Shown here piece after piece: positions 1-10,477 of a DNA stretch of 45,171 nt (the stretch's first letter is position 1; every line of letters starts with the position of its first letter). Where the stretch lies: the NCBI GenBank assembly GCA_039815375.1, contig JBCBZJ010000024.1:1-45171 (forward strand), given 5' to 3'. A model generated the notes under the pieces. That model was not told where the DNA came from. It was given only the letters and a program-made list of their open reading frames with translations, and ran no database searches. Source of the stretch: Verrucomicrobiota bacterium. Lineage in GTDB: Bacteria; Verrucomicrobiota; Verrucomicrobiia; Opitutales; Coraliomargaritaceae. A program made the translations under genes and the position numbers.

Positions 1-433
1 CCAATGCGACGAATGCCACACTGCGTTTTATCCTACGGTAACGACTAGGAGACCCCGGTGCTGAGCACCGAGGCCACGTAACCTCGAAACTCGGTTTCGG
101 GGAAGTTTTAACCCGAACTATGCAAACGGATTTTTTGAACTAAAGGTTTATCTTTGTAAGTGTCTTTGAATCAGGCACATTTCTAATATATCGCATTAAA
201 ATGTGCTCATCAGAATGATGTTTTCAAATTGTTCCGGTTCCGGCCGCGGCCGGACCGGTCTTGTCGCTTCGCTCGGAACTTAGGCGACCAAGCCACATGG
301 CTGCCTATCAGGCCAGCAGTCACATATGTTTATACGCTCCTTCCGCCTTCAGTTGCCAAGCAGCTTGCTCATCCTATGGCATAGATCGGGTTGAAGCAAT
401 ACTCGCGGCAGGAAGATCGCTCCCGATTGCTTT

Positions 434-508
434 GGTAGGGACGCATGCCCTCATGCGTCCGCCATACTTGCATGACGCAACGGACGCCTGAGGGCAGGCG
501 TCCCTACC
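434..508. repeat. GTAG-family REP doublet in inverted orientation (REPIN-like)
   Basis: GGTAGGGACGCATG-CCCT-CATGCGTCCG (434-461) and its near reverse complement CGGACGCCTG-AGGG-CAGGCGTCCCTACC (481-508). Each arm is a GTAG tetramer plus a palindrome. Confidence 0.8.
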
Positions 509-723
509 TTGTGCTACGCGCAAAAGAACGTGGTAGGCATGGCCTCTAGCTATGTCCTGAATCGACTCGGTGAAAAACCGGATCAAATAAATTCTCAGTC
601 CCATTTCCACTAAAAACTCTGACGCTGCTTATGTTTTTAATATAAAATAACTGTTAAAAAAATAGTTTACAAACGCTCTAAAAGTTAGATGTATATGTTA
701 AATTAATAACTTAGTCAAAAATC

Positions 724-2103
724 ATGGTAATCAATCCTACACTAACGAATGTAGAACGTAGAATCTACGCAATTAACTGGCTTTCGAATTGCAATGGAGG
801 AAAGGTATTCACAAGTCAGGCAGACTCGGATCAATTTGCCCAAGATCAAATCGCAGCAGCGCTTGTTAATCCGGGGATTACTGGTGACAATCCTGCAGAT
901 ACGAACGACGGCATCAAAAAGTTTGATGTCGTCTGGGGGCCTTACACTTCAGCAAGCCAAGATACCACTGACAACAACTCAGACGCATGGGTAACCGACA
1001 ATTCCGTATTTGTCGCAAAACAAAAGCAGGACGACAGCACGATGCTTTATGTCGTTGGCGTCGCGGGAACAAATGCGAACTCTTTTCAGGGCTGGTTCAT
1101 CGAAGATCTCGATGTGGGTGAACTGGCAACGCTACCCTGGGATGCAAGCAGCGGAAAGATTATCGCAAATGGCGCGGCGGCGGGCGCGAGCAAATTGATT
1201 AATCTACCAGCAGAAGGTGCTCATATTGCGCCTCAAGACGGAGGTGAGAGTATTTCAAAAACGTTGAATACCGACATCGCAAACCTTCCGAAAAGCATTA
1301 CGAAAGTCGATGTTGCCGTAAGTGGACACAGCCTTGGGGGAGCACTGTCACCAGTTTTTGCGCTCTATCTGAAAAGCGTATTAACCGACAGTCGTGTCTC
1401 TGTCGCAGCATATCCCACAGCAGGTCCATCCGCTGGAACTCAGGACTACGTTAATTTACTGGCGACGTTGGACTACAAGAGTCTTTGGAATACCAAAGAT
1501 ATCGTCCCGCATGCTTGGGACCATAATTACATAGCAGAACTCGATATTATCTACAGCTCTGAGATCGAGGCTGGTGCAATCACAAAGGGGTGCATCTACT
1601 GGGCTAGTAAGCAACCCCCATCTGAAAGTACTTATAAACAAGCGGATTTCCACTTCTCTTTCTCACCCAAGTTATACGATCTCGGTATCTATGGTAGTAT
1701 CATCGACTCCTTCGAAAAAGCGATCGCTGATATCATTGCAGGTAAGAAGCCAGAGGAAAAATTACCTCCTGGTCTAATCAACGATCTCAAAGAGATTTAC
1801 CACGCCTGCCACAGCGGTCCGATCGGAGATTTGGGTATACCAGAAGCGGCTCTTCGGTTTATGAAATACATGGCGCAAGCCGGGATGCAGCACACGAAGG
1901 CCTACGTTTCGGCATTCTTCGAAGGCTTCAGCGATTCGGAAACTTTTATCAAGGCAATCACTCCATATGTTGCCTACACGGAGACCCCGACCGTTAAGCT
2001 TGAGGAAGAGAGCAACCTCATGGACTTCCTTGATATAGTTGCAGATTACCTTAGGACCCACGGACCAAGCGATAAGGACTGTTCCTGCAAGGTATCGAAA
2101 TAG
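724..2103 (+). CDS. Lipase class 3 family (alpha/beta hydrolase), no signal peptide
   Basis: 459-aa ORF with nucleophile elbow VSGHSLGGALS, oxyanion region VAGTN, DIVPHAW (candidate catalytic Asp) and QH near the C-terminus (candidate His). AT-rich upstream region. Confidence 0.85.
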   Translation: MVINPTLTNVERRIYAINWLSNCNGGKVFTSQADSDQFAQDQIAAALVNPGITGDNPADTNDGIKKFDVVWGPYTSASQDTTDNNSDAWVTDNSVFVAKQKQDDSTMLYVVGVAGTNANSFQGWFIEDLDVGELATLPWDASSGKIIANGAAAGASKLINLPAEGAHIAPQDGGESISKTLNTDIANLPKSITKVDVAVSGHSLGGALSPVFALYLKSVLTDSRVSVAAYPTAGPSAGTQDYVNLLATLDYKSLWNTKDIVPHAWDHNYIAELDIIYSSEIEAGAITKGCIYWASKQPPSESTYKQADFHFSFSPKLYDLGIYGSIIDSFEKAIADIIAGKKPEEKLPPGLINDLKEIYHACHSGPIGDLGIPEAALRFMKYMAQAGMQHTKAYVSAFFEGFSDSETFIKAITPYVAYTETPTVKLEEESNLMDFLDIVADYLRTHGPSDKDCSCKVSK

Positions 2104-2168
2104 ACTACACTTACACCAACCGCACTCATTCAAATAGATGCGCAGAGCAGCACTAAAAAACACTTAAG

Positions 2169-2418
2169 CTAAGAAGGTAGCCTCTTCATATCCTTGATGC
2201 TGACCTTCGCGCTCGCTACGTCAGATGATCCGGTTGCCCGCTTCGAGACACCGGTCTTGTCGGCCGAGGGCCTCGAAACATCAAAGAGTTCGCTGAGTAG
2301 CTCGGTTTTCCTGACCTAAAGCTTGAAGGAAGACTTTTTCTTCGACCGTGTTGGTGGTGGTGAGTTTGATGCTGGCCACGACTTTCTACTCGCCAATCGG
2401 GCGGGCCCGGTCGGTGGC
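2169..2418 (-). pseudogene. Degenerate duplicate of the 3' end of the adjacent SNF2 helicase gene
   Basis: Minus strand reads [43 protein letters not shown]..(insert)..ASAKVSIKDMKRLPS*, versus the live gene [64 protein letters not shown] (3067-3261). Contains stops and a frameshift. Confidence 0.9.
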
Positions 2419-2473
2419 AGAGAATACGAACTGACGAGTTGACGCAATGTAGGATTAACCGACCCTATTAAGC

Positions 2474-2682
2474 GTGATCAAATTAGAACAGGCATCCGTG
2501 AAACGCGTGTGTAAAGCACATCATGTAAAGCGTATACATGTCTTTGGCTCCCATACTTCGGGCACAGCTACTAGTAGGAGCGATGTGGACCTGTTAGTCA
2601 AATTTGACCGCGATGGCTACGAAGTAACCTACAATTCCAAGAAGAAGTCGATCGCACGAAGCGCTTAGTTTATGCCGCATAG
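2474..2682 (+). pseudogene. MNT-family nucleotidyltransferase antitoxin (MntA-like), internally deleted and frameshifted
   Basis: N-terminus has VFGS...SDVDLLV (GSx10DxD motif). A typical MNT C-terminus FQEEVDRTKRLVYAA* lies in another frame, ending TAG 2680-2682. The middle of the protein appears to be missing. Confidence 0.8.
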
Positions 2683-3004
2683 CGTTGAAAAGCTGCTGAT
2701 TGACATCCGAATTGCCTGCGAAGAAGTTCAGGAATTTTGTGCAGACAAAACATTTGATGCATTCAGAGAATATCGCCTGCTATAACTAGCACTTGAACGT
2801 GAATTCGAAATCATTGGTGAAGCTTTCGCTAGGCTGGAACGTCTGGATGAGCAGAATTTGAGCAAACGCATCCCCGAATACCGCTAGATTATCGGTTTTC
2901 GAAATCTGGTGGCTCATGGCTACGACATAATTGATGACGCAGCTCTTTGGGATCTTGCAGTCAATCACGTCAAAAAACTTCACACGAAAGTCTTGGACTA
3001 CTGA
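2672..3004 (+). pseudogene. HEPN/DUF86 RNase toxin (HepT-like) with two in-frame stops
   Basis: ATG 2672: MPHSVEKLLIDIRIACEEVQEFCADKTFDAFREYRLL*LALEREFEIIGEAFARLERLDEQNLSKRIPEYR*IIGFRNLVAHGYDIIDDAALWDLAVNHVKKLHTKVLDY*. Rx4HxY motif RNLVAHGY. Premature TAA 2783-2785 and TAG 2885-2887. Confidence 0.88.
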
Positions 3005-3066
3005 ATCAGTAAAAACGGTATCTCGGACGCACAATGTGTCCGTTCCATTCATATCGCAAGAAGCGG

Positions 3067-6048
3067 TTACTCCAGCAGACTCTTAATATCCTCGATGCTG
3101 ACCTTGGCATTCGCGGCTGCCGACTCCTCGAAGAGTTCGCTGAGGAGCTCGGCTTTCTTGGCCTGCAGTTCGAGGACCTTTTCTTCGACGGTGTTCGTCG
3201 CGATGAGTTTGATACTGGTCACGACTTTCTCCTGGCCGATGCGGTGGGCCCGATCGGTAGCCTGTGCCTCGGCTGCCGGGTTCCACCAGGGATCGTAATG
3301 GAGGACGGTGTCGGCACCGGTGAGGTTGAGACCGGTGCCACCGGCTTTGAGCGAAATCAGGAAGACGGGAATTTCCGGGTCGCCGTTGAACTGGTCGACC
3401 AGCGCAAGGCGGTTCCTAGTCGAACCATCAAGGTAGCAGAAGCGATGTCCGTTCAGTTTAAGGTGCTCTGCCAACAATTTGAGCGCTGTGACAAAGCTGG
3501 AGAAGACGAGGATACGGCTGCCGTTGTCCAGACATTCATCGAGTACCTCGTCGAAGGCAGCGAGCTTGGCCGATTCCTGGGCTGCAAAGGTCTCGTCGAG
3601 GATGCGAGGATCGACACAGGCCTGACGTAGGCGGAGCAACTCGGTGAAGGCGGCAAATTTGAGGCGACCTTCGTTGGCACCGGACATCTCCAGATTGAAG
3701 ATTTCCTGGCGGGTCTTTTCGAGAGTGTCCTGATAGAACTTCTGTTGTTTGCTACCAAGCTCGCAGAAGAAAGTCTTTTCGATCTTGTCCGGCAGCTCGG
3801 GCGCGACCTCCTTTTTGGTGCGACGAAGAATATAAGCCGCTGCACGCGAGGTCTGGCGGTTGCTGTGCCAGGCCCGATCCTCCTGCGTGAGCTTGGGAGG
3901 AGCCTTTTCCAAATAGCCCGGCATAAGGAAGGCGAAGAGCGAAAGGAGATCGTCAAGCGAGTTTTCCACCGGCGTGCCGGTAAGCAGGAAGCGCCCCGCG
4001 CTATGCAGACGAGTGAGCGTTTTCGCGTTCTGGCTACGACGGTTCTTGATGTGCTGGGCCTCATCACCGATCACGACGCACCAGTCAATCGTGGTCATCA
4101 GGTCGGCGTCCTGACGCAAAGTTCCGTATGATGTGATGACTATGTCGGCATCTTCCAGAACAACGGGCTCCTTTGGCCGCTTGGGGCCGTGATGCTTCAC
4201 CAGTTTCAGGCCGGGCGTGAAGCGACCTGCTTCACGCATCCAGTTTTCCACCAAGCTGGCGGGGCAGACAACCAGAGCAGGCTCAGATGTATTGGTCGAA
4301 CGGATACACTCGATAAGCGCCAAAGCCTGCAAAGTTTTACCGAGCCCCATCTCGTCGGCGAGAATGCCCCCAAGATCATTGCGATAGAGGTGCCAAAGCC
4401 AGGCCACGCCGATACGTTGATACGTGCGGAGAATCGAATCGAATGCCGGTCGGATCGGTGCCGGCTCCAGCGCCCCAACCTGCTTGAGTGCACGGCTTCG
4501 CGACTGCCAGGCTTGAGGTGGTTGCCAGCCTTCGCAAACTTCTTCGAGCAGGTCTTCAACGTCGACCAGCTCGGCTGTGCCCAGTCGTTTGCTAAAGGTC
4601 GGCGTGAAGGGCCGATCCACTTGCCCACTGACGGCCCGTTCGATTTCGTGCAGGCGGTCGACCGAGGACTTATCGAGTAAGGTAATCGGCCCATCATCCG
4701 AGCCAACGTAGCTTCGACCGCTAGCGATTGCCCGGCGCAGCTCCATTTCGTCGGACTGTTCGCTAAGTGTCACTTCCAGCGAGAACTTGCCCGCTTCTTC
4801 CTTGGCACGGACATTCAGAGAAGACAGCTCGACATCCTTGAACTTGGTTTCGAAGTTCTCAGTAAAATCAGCCTGCCACTGCTCCTTTAGGCTTTTCCAG
4901 TACTCTGCCAGGAAGTTCAGCGTCTTATGCCGGTCACGCACCCACCACTTGCGATTCGAAGGCTCGAGCATGAAGCCCGCCTTCTTCAAAACTTCACGAA
5001 GTGGCTGAATCGTATCATCGTGGGCCGGCAAACGAATAGCGAGAAAGTTGGGCGAACCATCCACGACAACACGGTTAGTCGAAAAGCCTTCCATCGAATC
5101 CGAAACCGCAGTCGCAGTTGGAAAGTCACCCCGCTTGGTCTGGAAGAGTTTCTTACCCTTCGACTCGGCGATTCGGCGCGGGTTTGGCTTCGACGGCTCG
5201 CGGAGGCTCAGCGAAGATCGAATCATCGGTTTAGCTTGCTCAACGACGACAGGAGCATCGTCTTCTTCCTCTTCATCACCCGCTTCAAGCTCTAGAAACT
5301 CGTGCACGCCCGAAAGTATCTTACCCTCCCAGCTAATTGGCTCGTTCGGCTTCTTGACCCAGTAAACAACAGGCTCGCCCTCCAGAGCAGCCAGTAATTT
5401 CCGAAGGCGCCCCTTGGTCAACTGAAGTAGAGCCGCCAGTTTGCCGCCACACCATGACTCGACTAGGAGCATGGCCTTTTCCTGAGCTTCGCTGGTTGTG
5501 TAGGCCTTGGTCGGGCTGAGTTTGTTAAGCGGCAGGATTTCCCTTCCAGCAGCGACATCGAGTTTCACAACGATGGCCCCGCGCTCGGCAGCCTGTTCGA
5601 GATTAGGAGGCAAGAAAACGAGAACGCGTAACCGCATCCCGTCCTTCGAAAGCTTGATGGACTTGAGTTTTGGAACAGCAACTGCGTCCGGCGTTTCTTC
5701 CTCTGTCTCTAGCTCGTCGAGATGTTGCGCCTGAGCCAGTTCTTGATTCAGTTTCTCATGCTTCGAGGCTTCAAAATAAAGCGCAGCTGCCACAGCGTGG
5801 GCGCAGACTTTGCGTTTACGGCCATCCGGGCAAGTGCAACGGTTCTCAGCAAAGACTGTGGAGCGCAGATTGAGTCGAGGTTCATAAACGACGCCTGCGT
5901 CCTCAACCACACCGACAAGTACCGGACTCTCCCACTTTGCAGATACAACCGCATGCGACTCAAATAGGCGCTCTCCGGCTTTAAAGACAACGCCACCGGC
6001 TAGTTCTTTCAGGAAATCACGATCAAAGCTGGGTGGTGGTTTTTTCAT
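3067..6048 (-). CDS. SNF2-family helicase/ATPase with N-terminal SWIM zinc finger
   Basis: CTC..VCAH SWIM motif, [13 protein letters not shown] (Walker A), [37 protein letters not shown] 6048 preferred; the ORF extends to TTG 6063. Confidence 0.95.
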   Translation of the reverse strand: MKKPPPSFDRDFLKELAGGVVFKAGERLFESHAVVSAKWESPVLVGVVEDAGVVYEPRLNLRSTVFAENRCTCPDGRKRKVCAHAVAAALYFEASKHEKLNQELAQAQHLDELETEEETPDAVAVPKLKSIKLSKDGMRLRVLVFLPPNLEQAAERGAIVVKLDVAAGREILPLNKLSPTKAYTTSEAQEKAMLLVESWCGGKLAALLQLTKGRLRKLLAALEGEPVVYWVKKPNEPISWEGKILSGVHEFLELEAGDEEEEDDAPVVVEQAKPMIRSSLSLREPSKPNPRRIAESKGKKLFQTKRGDFPTATAVSDSMEGFSTNRVVVDGSPNFLAIRLPAHDDTIQPLREVLKKAGFMLEPSNRKWWVRDRHKTLNFLAEYWKSLKEQWQADFTENFETKFKDVELSSLNVRAKEEAGKFSLEVTLSEQSDEMELRRAIASGRSYVGSDDGPITLLDKSSVDRLHEIERAVSGQVDRPFTPTFSKRLGTAELVDVEDLLEEVCEGWQPPQAWQSRSRALKQVGALEPAPIRPAFDSILRTYQRIGVAWLWHLYRNDLGGILADEMGLGKTLQALALIECIRSTNTSEPALVVCPASLVENWMREAGRFTPGLKLVKHHGPKRPKEPVVLEDADIVITSYGTLRQDADLMTTIDWCVVIGDEAQHIKNRRSQNAKTLTRLHSAGRFLLTGTPVENSLDDLLSLFAFLMPGYLEKAPPKLTQEDRAWHSNRQTSRAAAYILRRTKKEVAPELPDKIEKTFFCELGSKQQKFYQDTLEKTRQEIFNLEMSGANEGRLKFAAFTELLRLRQACVDPRILDETFAAQESAKLAAFDEVLDECLDNGSRILVFSSFVTALKLLAEHLKLNGHRFCYLDGSTRNRLALVDQFNGDPEIPVFLISLKAGGTGLNLTGADTVLHYDPWWNPAAEAQATDRAHRIGQEKVVTSIKLIATNTVEEKVLELQAKKAELLSELFEESAAANAKVSIEDIKSLLE

Positions 6049-6266
6049 TGGTAGCTGGAGCAATAAAACTGCGACGAAACTAGTAAAGTAGGAGAAATGT
6101 GGAATAAGTGAATCCGTTGAGAAGGAATCAAGTGTGTTCTCTGGAGGGAATCTGAACCAAGCGTCGAATTCGGGAAGCGCCTCGAACTAATCTCGGATAT
6201 TTTAATGCTTTTGAAGCAGGCTACTTCTATTCTGAAATATTTTCCCGGTAAGCTTCTCCAACGAAG

Positions 6267-7655
6267 ATGAAAGCATTGCTGCGAAGTCTTCGTTTCATTC
6301 CGGTCATCGGGCTTATTTCTCTCCAGAGTTCTTGCGCCAGAGAAATCAAAGAAACCCTATCCGTGCAAGAATCTATAGCGGAATACTTTATGGCTGCACT
6401 CGGGAATCATCCAAATTTGAGTAACGAGGATGGACTTAACTGGATTCGGGCAAATTGGAGCGAATCTATGCTACCCTACTTCACCGAAAGTTACCGATTT
6501 GGTGGTGGAAGTGATGAAGCAACCAAACTGAACTCTTTATTAAAAGGTAAAATCGGCCGTGAGGCAGCTGGAGATTTTGATGCGCTCAACCAGTATATCT
6601 GGGGCCTACCGCTTGAAAATACACCTGACTATGCCCGCTTTAAACAGTGGATGCACTATCCGATCGATAAGCGCTTCGCTCGTTATTTCGAGCCGGACCG
6701 CCGTTTCGATATTCGTCTTGATGAAGTAAGCTGGGGGGGTGTCTACCAGGATGGAATACCTCCACTTCGCCAACCGCAGATGCTTACTATGGAGAAGGCT
6801 GACTACCTTGATGATTCAAATGTCGTCTTTGGTATAGAGATCAATGGCGACGCCCGGGCATACCCGAATCGGATTCTTGCCTGGCATGAAATGTTCGTCG
6901 ATACGGTCGGGGGCGTTCCTATAGCCGGAGTCTATTGCACCCTGTGTGGAACTGTAGTCATTTATCAAACTGAGCACGAGGGCACAAATCACGAACTCGG
7001 CACCAGTGGCTTTCTATATCGCTCAAATAAACTAATGTATGACCGCGCAACCCAGTCACTCTGGAGCACACTGGAGGGCAAGCCTGTCATAGGACCCCTT
7101 ACCGGAAAGGGGATCGAGCTCGATCAATATAGCGTCGTCACCACAACCTGGGGCGAGTGGAAGTCGCGCCACCCGGATACTAAAGTCCTTTCCCTGAATA
7201 CCGGACATCAACGAAACTACGACGAAGGTAACGCCTACAGGGCTTACTTTGCAACAGATGACCGTATGTTCGAAACACCCTATCAAGATAATCGCTTGAA
7301 GAACAAGGATGAGGTCCTCGCCCTCCGCTTTGGCGACACAGATGGAAAGCCCACCGTGATCGCAACTGGCTTACTGAAAAGTCAACCAGTCTACGAGGGC
7401 GAACTGAGCGGACACTCCTTTGTCATCCTTACGGACGGCACTGGAGCAAACCGCGTCTACGAACGTCCGAAGGAGCTTCGCTTCGATAGTTGGGATCAAA
7501 AAACCACGGCGACCGACAGCTCCGGCCAAAAATGGAACCTCAGCGAAGCAAGCTTGATCTCCCCGGACGGCACCAAACTCAAACGACTGAACGCTCATCG
7601 AGCCTTCTGGTTTGGCTGGCACGGCGCCTACCCCAACACCATCCTGATCCAATAA
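6267..7655 (+). CDS. DUF3179 domain protein, probable lipoprotein
   Basis: WGGV..DGIPPL, ARAYP..ILAWHE, YCTLCGT, GTSGFLYRSNKLMYDRATQSLW, AFWFGW motifs; N-terminal signal with LQSSC. Confidence 0.8.
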   Translation: MKALLRSLRFIPVIGLISLQSSCAREIKETLSVQESIAEYFMAALGNHPNLSNEDGLNWIRANWSESMLPYFTESYRFGGGSDEATKLNSLLKGKIGREAAGDFDALNQYIWGLPLENTPDYARFKQWMHYPIDKRFARYFEPDRRFDIRLDEVSWGGVYQDGIPPLRQPQMLTMEKADYLDDSNVVFGIEINGDARAYPNRILAWHEMFVDTVGGVPIAGVYCTLCGTVVIYQTEHEGTNHELGTSGFLYRSNKLMYDRATQSLWSTLEGKPVIGPLTGKGIELDQYSVVTTTWGEWKSRHPDTKVLSLNTGHQRNYDEGNAYRAYFATDDRMFETPYQDNRLKNKDEVLALRFGDTDGKPTVIATGLLKSQPVYEGELSGHSFVILTDGTGANRVYERPKELRFDSWDQKTTATDSSGQKWNLSEASLISPDGTKLKRLNAHRAFWFGWHGAYPNTILIQ

Positions 7656-7693
7656 AACACTGAGGTTGCTCTTTCAGTTGCGCACACAATAAA

Positions 7694-10336
7694 TTAGCGT
7701 GCGCCTGCGATCTTTCCGATGTTTATATTGCGCTCCAGGAAAGTCCCTCCATCGATATTCACGGCCGCTTTCACGTAATCGTGTTCCTGCTCCATTTGCT
7801 TGAAGCTCACAGTGCCACCTTGGATGTCGAAACCATAATCCACTTCCGCACGACCATAAAACTTAGAGATGATAAAGTTGATCTTTTCTTTGTTGGAAAC
7901 CGAGGGATCCACTCGCATGACCATACCTTTAGGCAAATTGTCTTCCGGAATGTCTTCTGGCTTAATATAGGGGAGTCGGGTCATTGGGTTGATACTAAAA
8001 TTTACAAAAGTTGCACCCTCATCGCCGACGGCTTTGACCCAAGAGCCCCAGCCCGCTTCACTTCCACCGATAAGAATGTTGGCGTTGCCACCGCCGGTCC
8101 CATCATGGTCGATAAAGTCAAAGGCCCGCGTGCTTCCGTTGGTAAAAAAACCAGTGATCTGAGCATTCGCGCCACTGCCGATCGTAATCGCACCGGAACC
8201 GCGCAAGTTGGGAATCAAGGAGTGAGGTTTGCCACGGAAGACATCCTCACGCGTCGGTTTATTCTCGCCCGGAAATGTGTGGATTCGATGTTTACCGGTA
8301 GCCAGATACCAGTCTTGTGGTCGGAGATGGCAATTATTGATCCAGCCGACGGTCGGCGTATTGGCGACAAAGAAGCCAATATTCAGAGCCGAACCATTAA
8401 CCCGTGAAAGCACATGTCGATCTGTATTGTTTGTGCCGAAGTCGATGGCATTATAACAATTACCCAGATAAAGGCGCTGCACCCAGCAATCCGGGCCTAA
8501 CGCGCGTATCGTCCAAGGATAAGGCTGGATATCACGAAAATCCTGATGCGGATACCAAATCATCATTCCTGCGACACCTGAGCCACCCAGTTCCGGTGAA
8601 GATTCCAGACTGATCAAAGGCGGATTTCCAATTTGACCCATGTCCTGAGGCACATCGGCAACCAGCATGGTGCGCCCGGAATCCGGACGTGGCATGGAAT
8701 CATTCACACCGCGCAGCTCGACACCGGGCGGCACCTTCAAGTGACTCGTTATCCTGAAGCGCCCTTGCGGCAGATAGACTGTGCCACCGCCTGCTCGACC
8801 AGCTGCATCCAGAGCACGTTGTATCCCCGCAGTAGCATCGCCCACGCCATCACTCGGGACGCTGAAAGGCGAATCCGTGACTAGATAGAGCGAGTCTATC
8901 CCGGTTCTTGCCGGAAGGCGCTCCGGTATGGGTTGAAGCGGTTTGATTGCAGCATCACTCGCACGAACAATCGAATGGTCGACACCAGCTTGGGCTTCCG
9001 GCGGAATCTTAAGGTCAGGAGAACCTTTGAAGGTATTTCCCACAACCTTGAGTGCAGGCTTCTTACCCTCATAGTACAAGTGCCGTCCGCTTTGTTGAAA
9101 ATAGCTGTCGTAGATATCGATACTACCCTTCTTGGCGTAAACCGCGTAGTGATTCGGCTCACTACCCCAACCGTCGAAAATACACTCCTGAATGTCCATC
9201 ACCTGGTCAAAGGAGCCATCGAGATAAATCGCAGTGCCTTCGGATTGAAAGCGACAGCCAAAGAGACGCAATTCTGCACCGTCACTGGAGGTGCCGTATG
9301 CTTTCCCGCTTTTGGAATGCCGGATCCAGTTGTCCTTCCAGCCTGTCTTGTCCATCTGCATAAGAATGGAATGGCGTGTGGCGTGCACGTAGCTTCCTGT
9401 TATGTAGGCACGATGGTCGGAACCGCCAGTAAAGTGTATGCCGACCTCGGCGTTTGTAATACGTAGATCGTGCCAATAAGTCCAACCGTGCGGCGGCATA
9501 AATTTAATCCCGGTTTGATAGCGGTCGATCATCACATCGACGAAGATACCAGCATCCTGACGGTTTAACTGGATACCATAGCCACCTTCATCGGCAATCG
9601 CCGCACGCAACTCTTCTATATCGGGCGCAGCTGGAAAACCGGACCTGCTCCAATAAAATGGTGAGAGATTGATCCTACTGCAACGGGGCACCGCCCCAGC
9701 CTTGAGCATGACGATGCCGGTCTTGAGCGGAGAACCGAAGATGTTCAGAACCGTAGAAAATGACTCCGTTTGAATACCAACGTAGGGATTCACCAGATTC
9801 ATATTTTTCACTGTCGAGTTATGACCAAGCAAAACGGTGACCGGATAAGGCTGGATGTCAGAAATCTGTTGCTGTGGGTAAACGATGTTGAAATCGCGTA
9901 AGCTGCCTCCGTTCTGGACGGTGATAAAGGCTTTTCCCGTCTCGTTGCCACGGTCCGCAGTTGCCATTATAACTGTTCCGGCCACACGAGGGTTCTCCGG
10001 GGTCGGCTCATACCAATCGCCTCGAAGGGTTACGCCGGGGGGGATAGAGAGTTGGCCTTTAAAAAGATACCGGCCCGCAGGGGCAAAGACGGTGCCACCG
10101 TGTTCTTCTGCATCATCGAGTGCCTCTTGAAAAATTTCCGTCGCATCGGTCTGCCCCAAATTATCCGCACCATAGTCCACAACCACATCATAGGCTATGA
10201 CCGGCACCAGGTTGTTGTTCGAATAAACAAGCTTAGAGATCCGGTGATTGGGTTTCGACCCGAAAGCTGGCTGCACAATTGCAAAAACTACAGCTGATAT
10301 CAAAGCAAAGCCATACACTTTAAGGGTAGGTAACAT
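7694..10336 (-). CDS. Secreted right-handed beta-helix carbohydrate-active enzyme with two Pectate_lyase_3-type modules (GH28/GH55-related)
   Basis: Signal peptide. Two copies of the N-cap motif: YGADNLGQTDATEIFQEALDDA..GGTVFAPAGRY and DGVGDATAGIQRALDAAGRAGGGTVYLPQGRF, each followed by PPGVxLRG. Confidence 0.8.
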   Translation of the reverse strand: MLPTLKVYGFALISAVVFAIVQPAFGSKPNHRISKLVYSNNNLVPVIAYDVVVDYGADNLGQTDATEIFQEALDDAEEHGGTVFAPAGRYLFKGQLSIPPGVTLRGDWYEPTPENPRVAGTVIMATADRGNETGKAFITVQNGGSLRDFNIVYPQQQISDIQPYPVTVLLGHNSTVKNMNLVNPYVGIQTESFSTVLNIFGSPLKTGIVMLKAGAVPRCSRINLSPFYWSRSGFPAAPDIEELRAAIADEGGYGIQLNRQDAGIFVDVMIDRYQTGIKFMPPHGWTYWHDLRITNAEVGIHFTGGSDHRAYITGSYVHATRHSILMQMDKTGWKDNWIRHSKSGKAYGTSSDGAELRLFGCRFQSEGTAIYLDGSFDQVMDIQECIFDGWGSEPNHYAVYAKKGSIDIYDSYFQQSGRHLYYEGKKPALKVVGNTFKGSPDLKIPPEAQAGVDHSIVRASDAAIKPLQPIPERLPARTGIDSLYLVTDSPFSVPSDGVGDATAGIQRALDAAGRAGGGTVYLPQGRFRITSHLKVPPGVELRGVNDSMPRPDSGRTMLVADVPQDMGQIGNPPLISLESSPELGGSGVAGMMIWYPHQDFRDIQPYPWTIRALGPDCWVQRLYLGNCYNAIDFGTNNTDRHVLSRVNGSALNIGFFVANTPTVGWINNCHLRPQDWYLATGKHRIHTFPGENKPTREDVFRGKPHSLIPNLRGSGAITIGSGANAQITGFFTNGSTRAFDFIDHDGTGGGNANILIGGSEAGWGSWVKAVGDEGATFVNFSINPMTRLPYIKPEDIPEDNLPKGMVMRVDPSVSNKEKINFIISKFYGRAEVDYGFDIQGGTVSFKQMEQEHDYVKAAVNIDGGTFLERNINIGKIAGAR

Positions 10337-10427
10337 TCTAGTATGCCGTGTTATCAGCTACTTTAAGGTCATCAACAAAATAGGCAAACTTATCCGCCAA
10401 AACGCGGAGAAAGCTTACGCACAAATG

Positions 10428-10454
10428 AAAAAGCCCGCCATATAGGCGGGCTTT
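10428..10454 (-). terminator. Rho-independent terminator after rpsA
   Basis: AAAGCCCGCC-ATATA-GGCGGGCTTT hairpin with an A-run on the left (U-tract on the minus strand). Confidence 0.85.
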
Positions 10455-10477
10455 GAAAGGTTTGCGTGTAAGCAGGC

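Noticed and set aside
2..64. Frame +2 at the window start reads QCDECH (CxxCH heme-binding-like motif)
   Set aside because: Only about 20 codons are visible and other frames are equally open, so no gene can be assigned.
261..610. Short ORFs 261-491 (+) and 374-610 (-), and a weak 'REYCFNP' resemblance to RAYT/IS200 transposases on the minus strand
   Set aside because: The ORFs run through the REP palindromes and no HUH motif or coherent transposase frame was found.
2786..3052. 88-aa minus-strand ORF
   Set aside because: Antisense shadow of the HEPN pseudogene.
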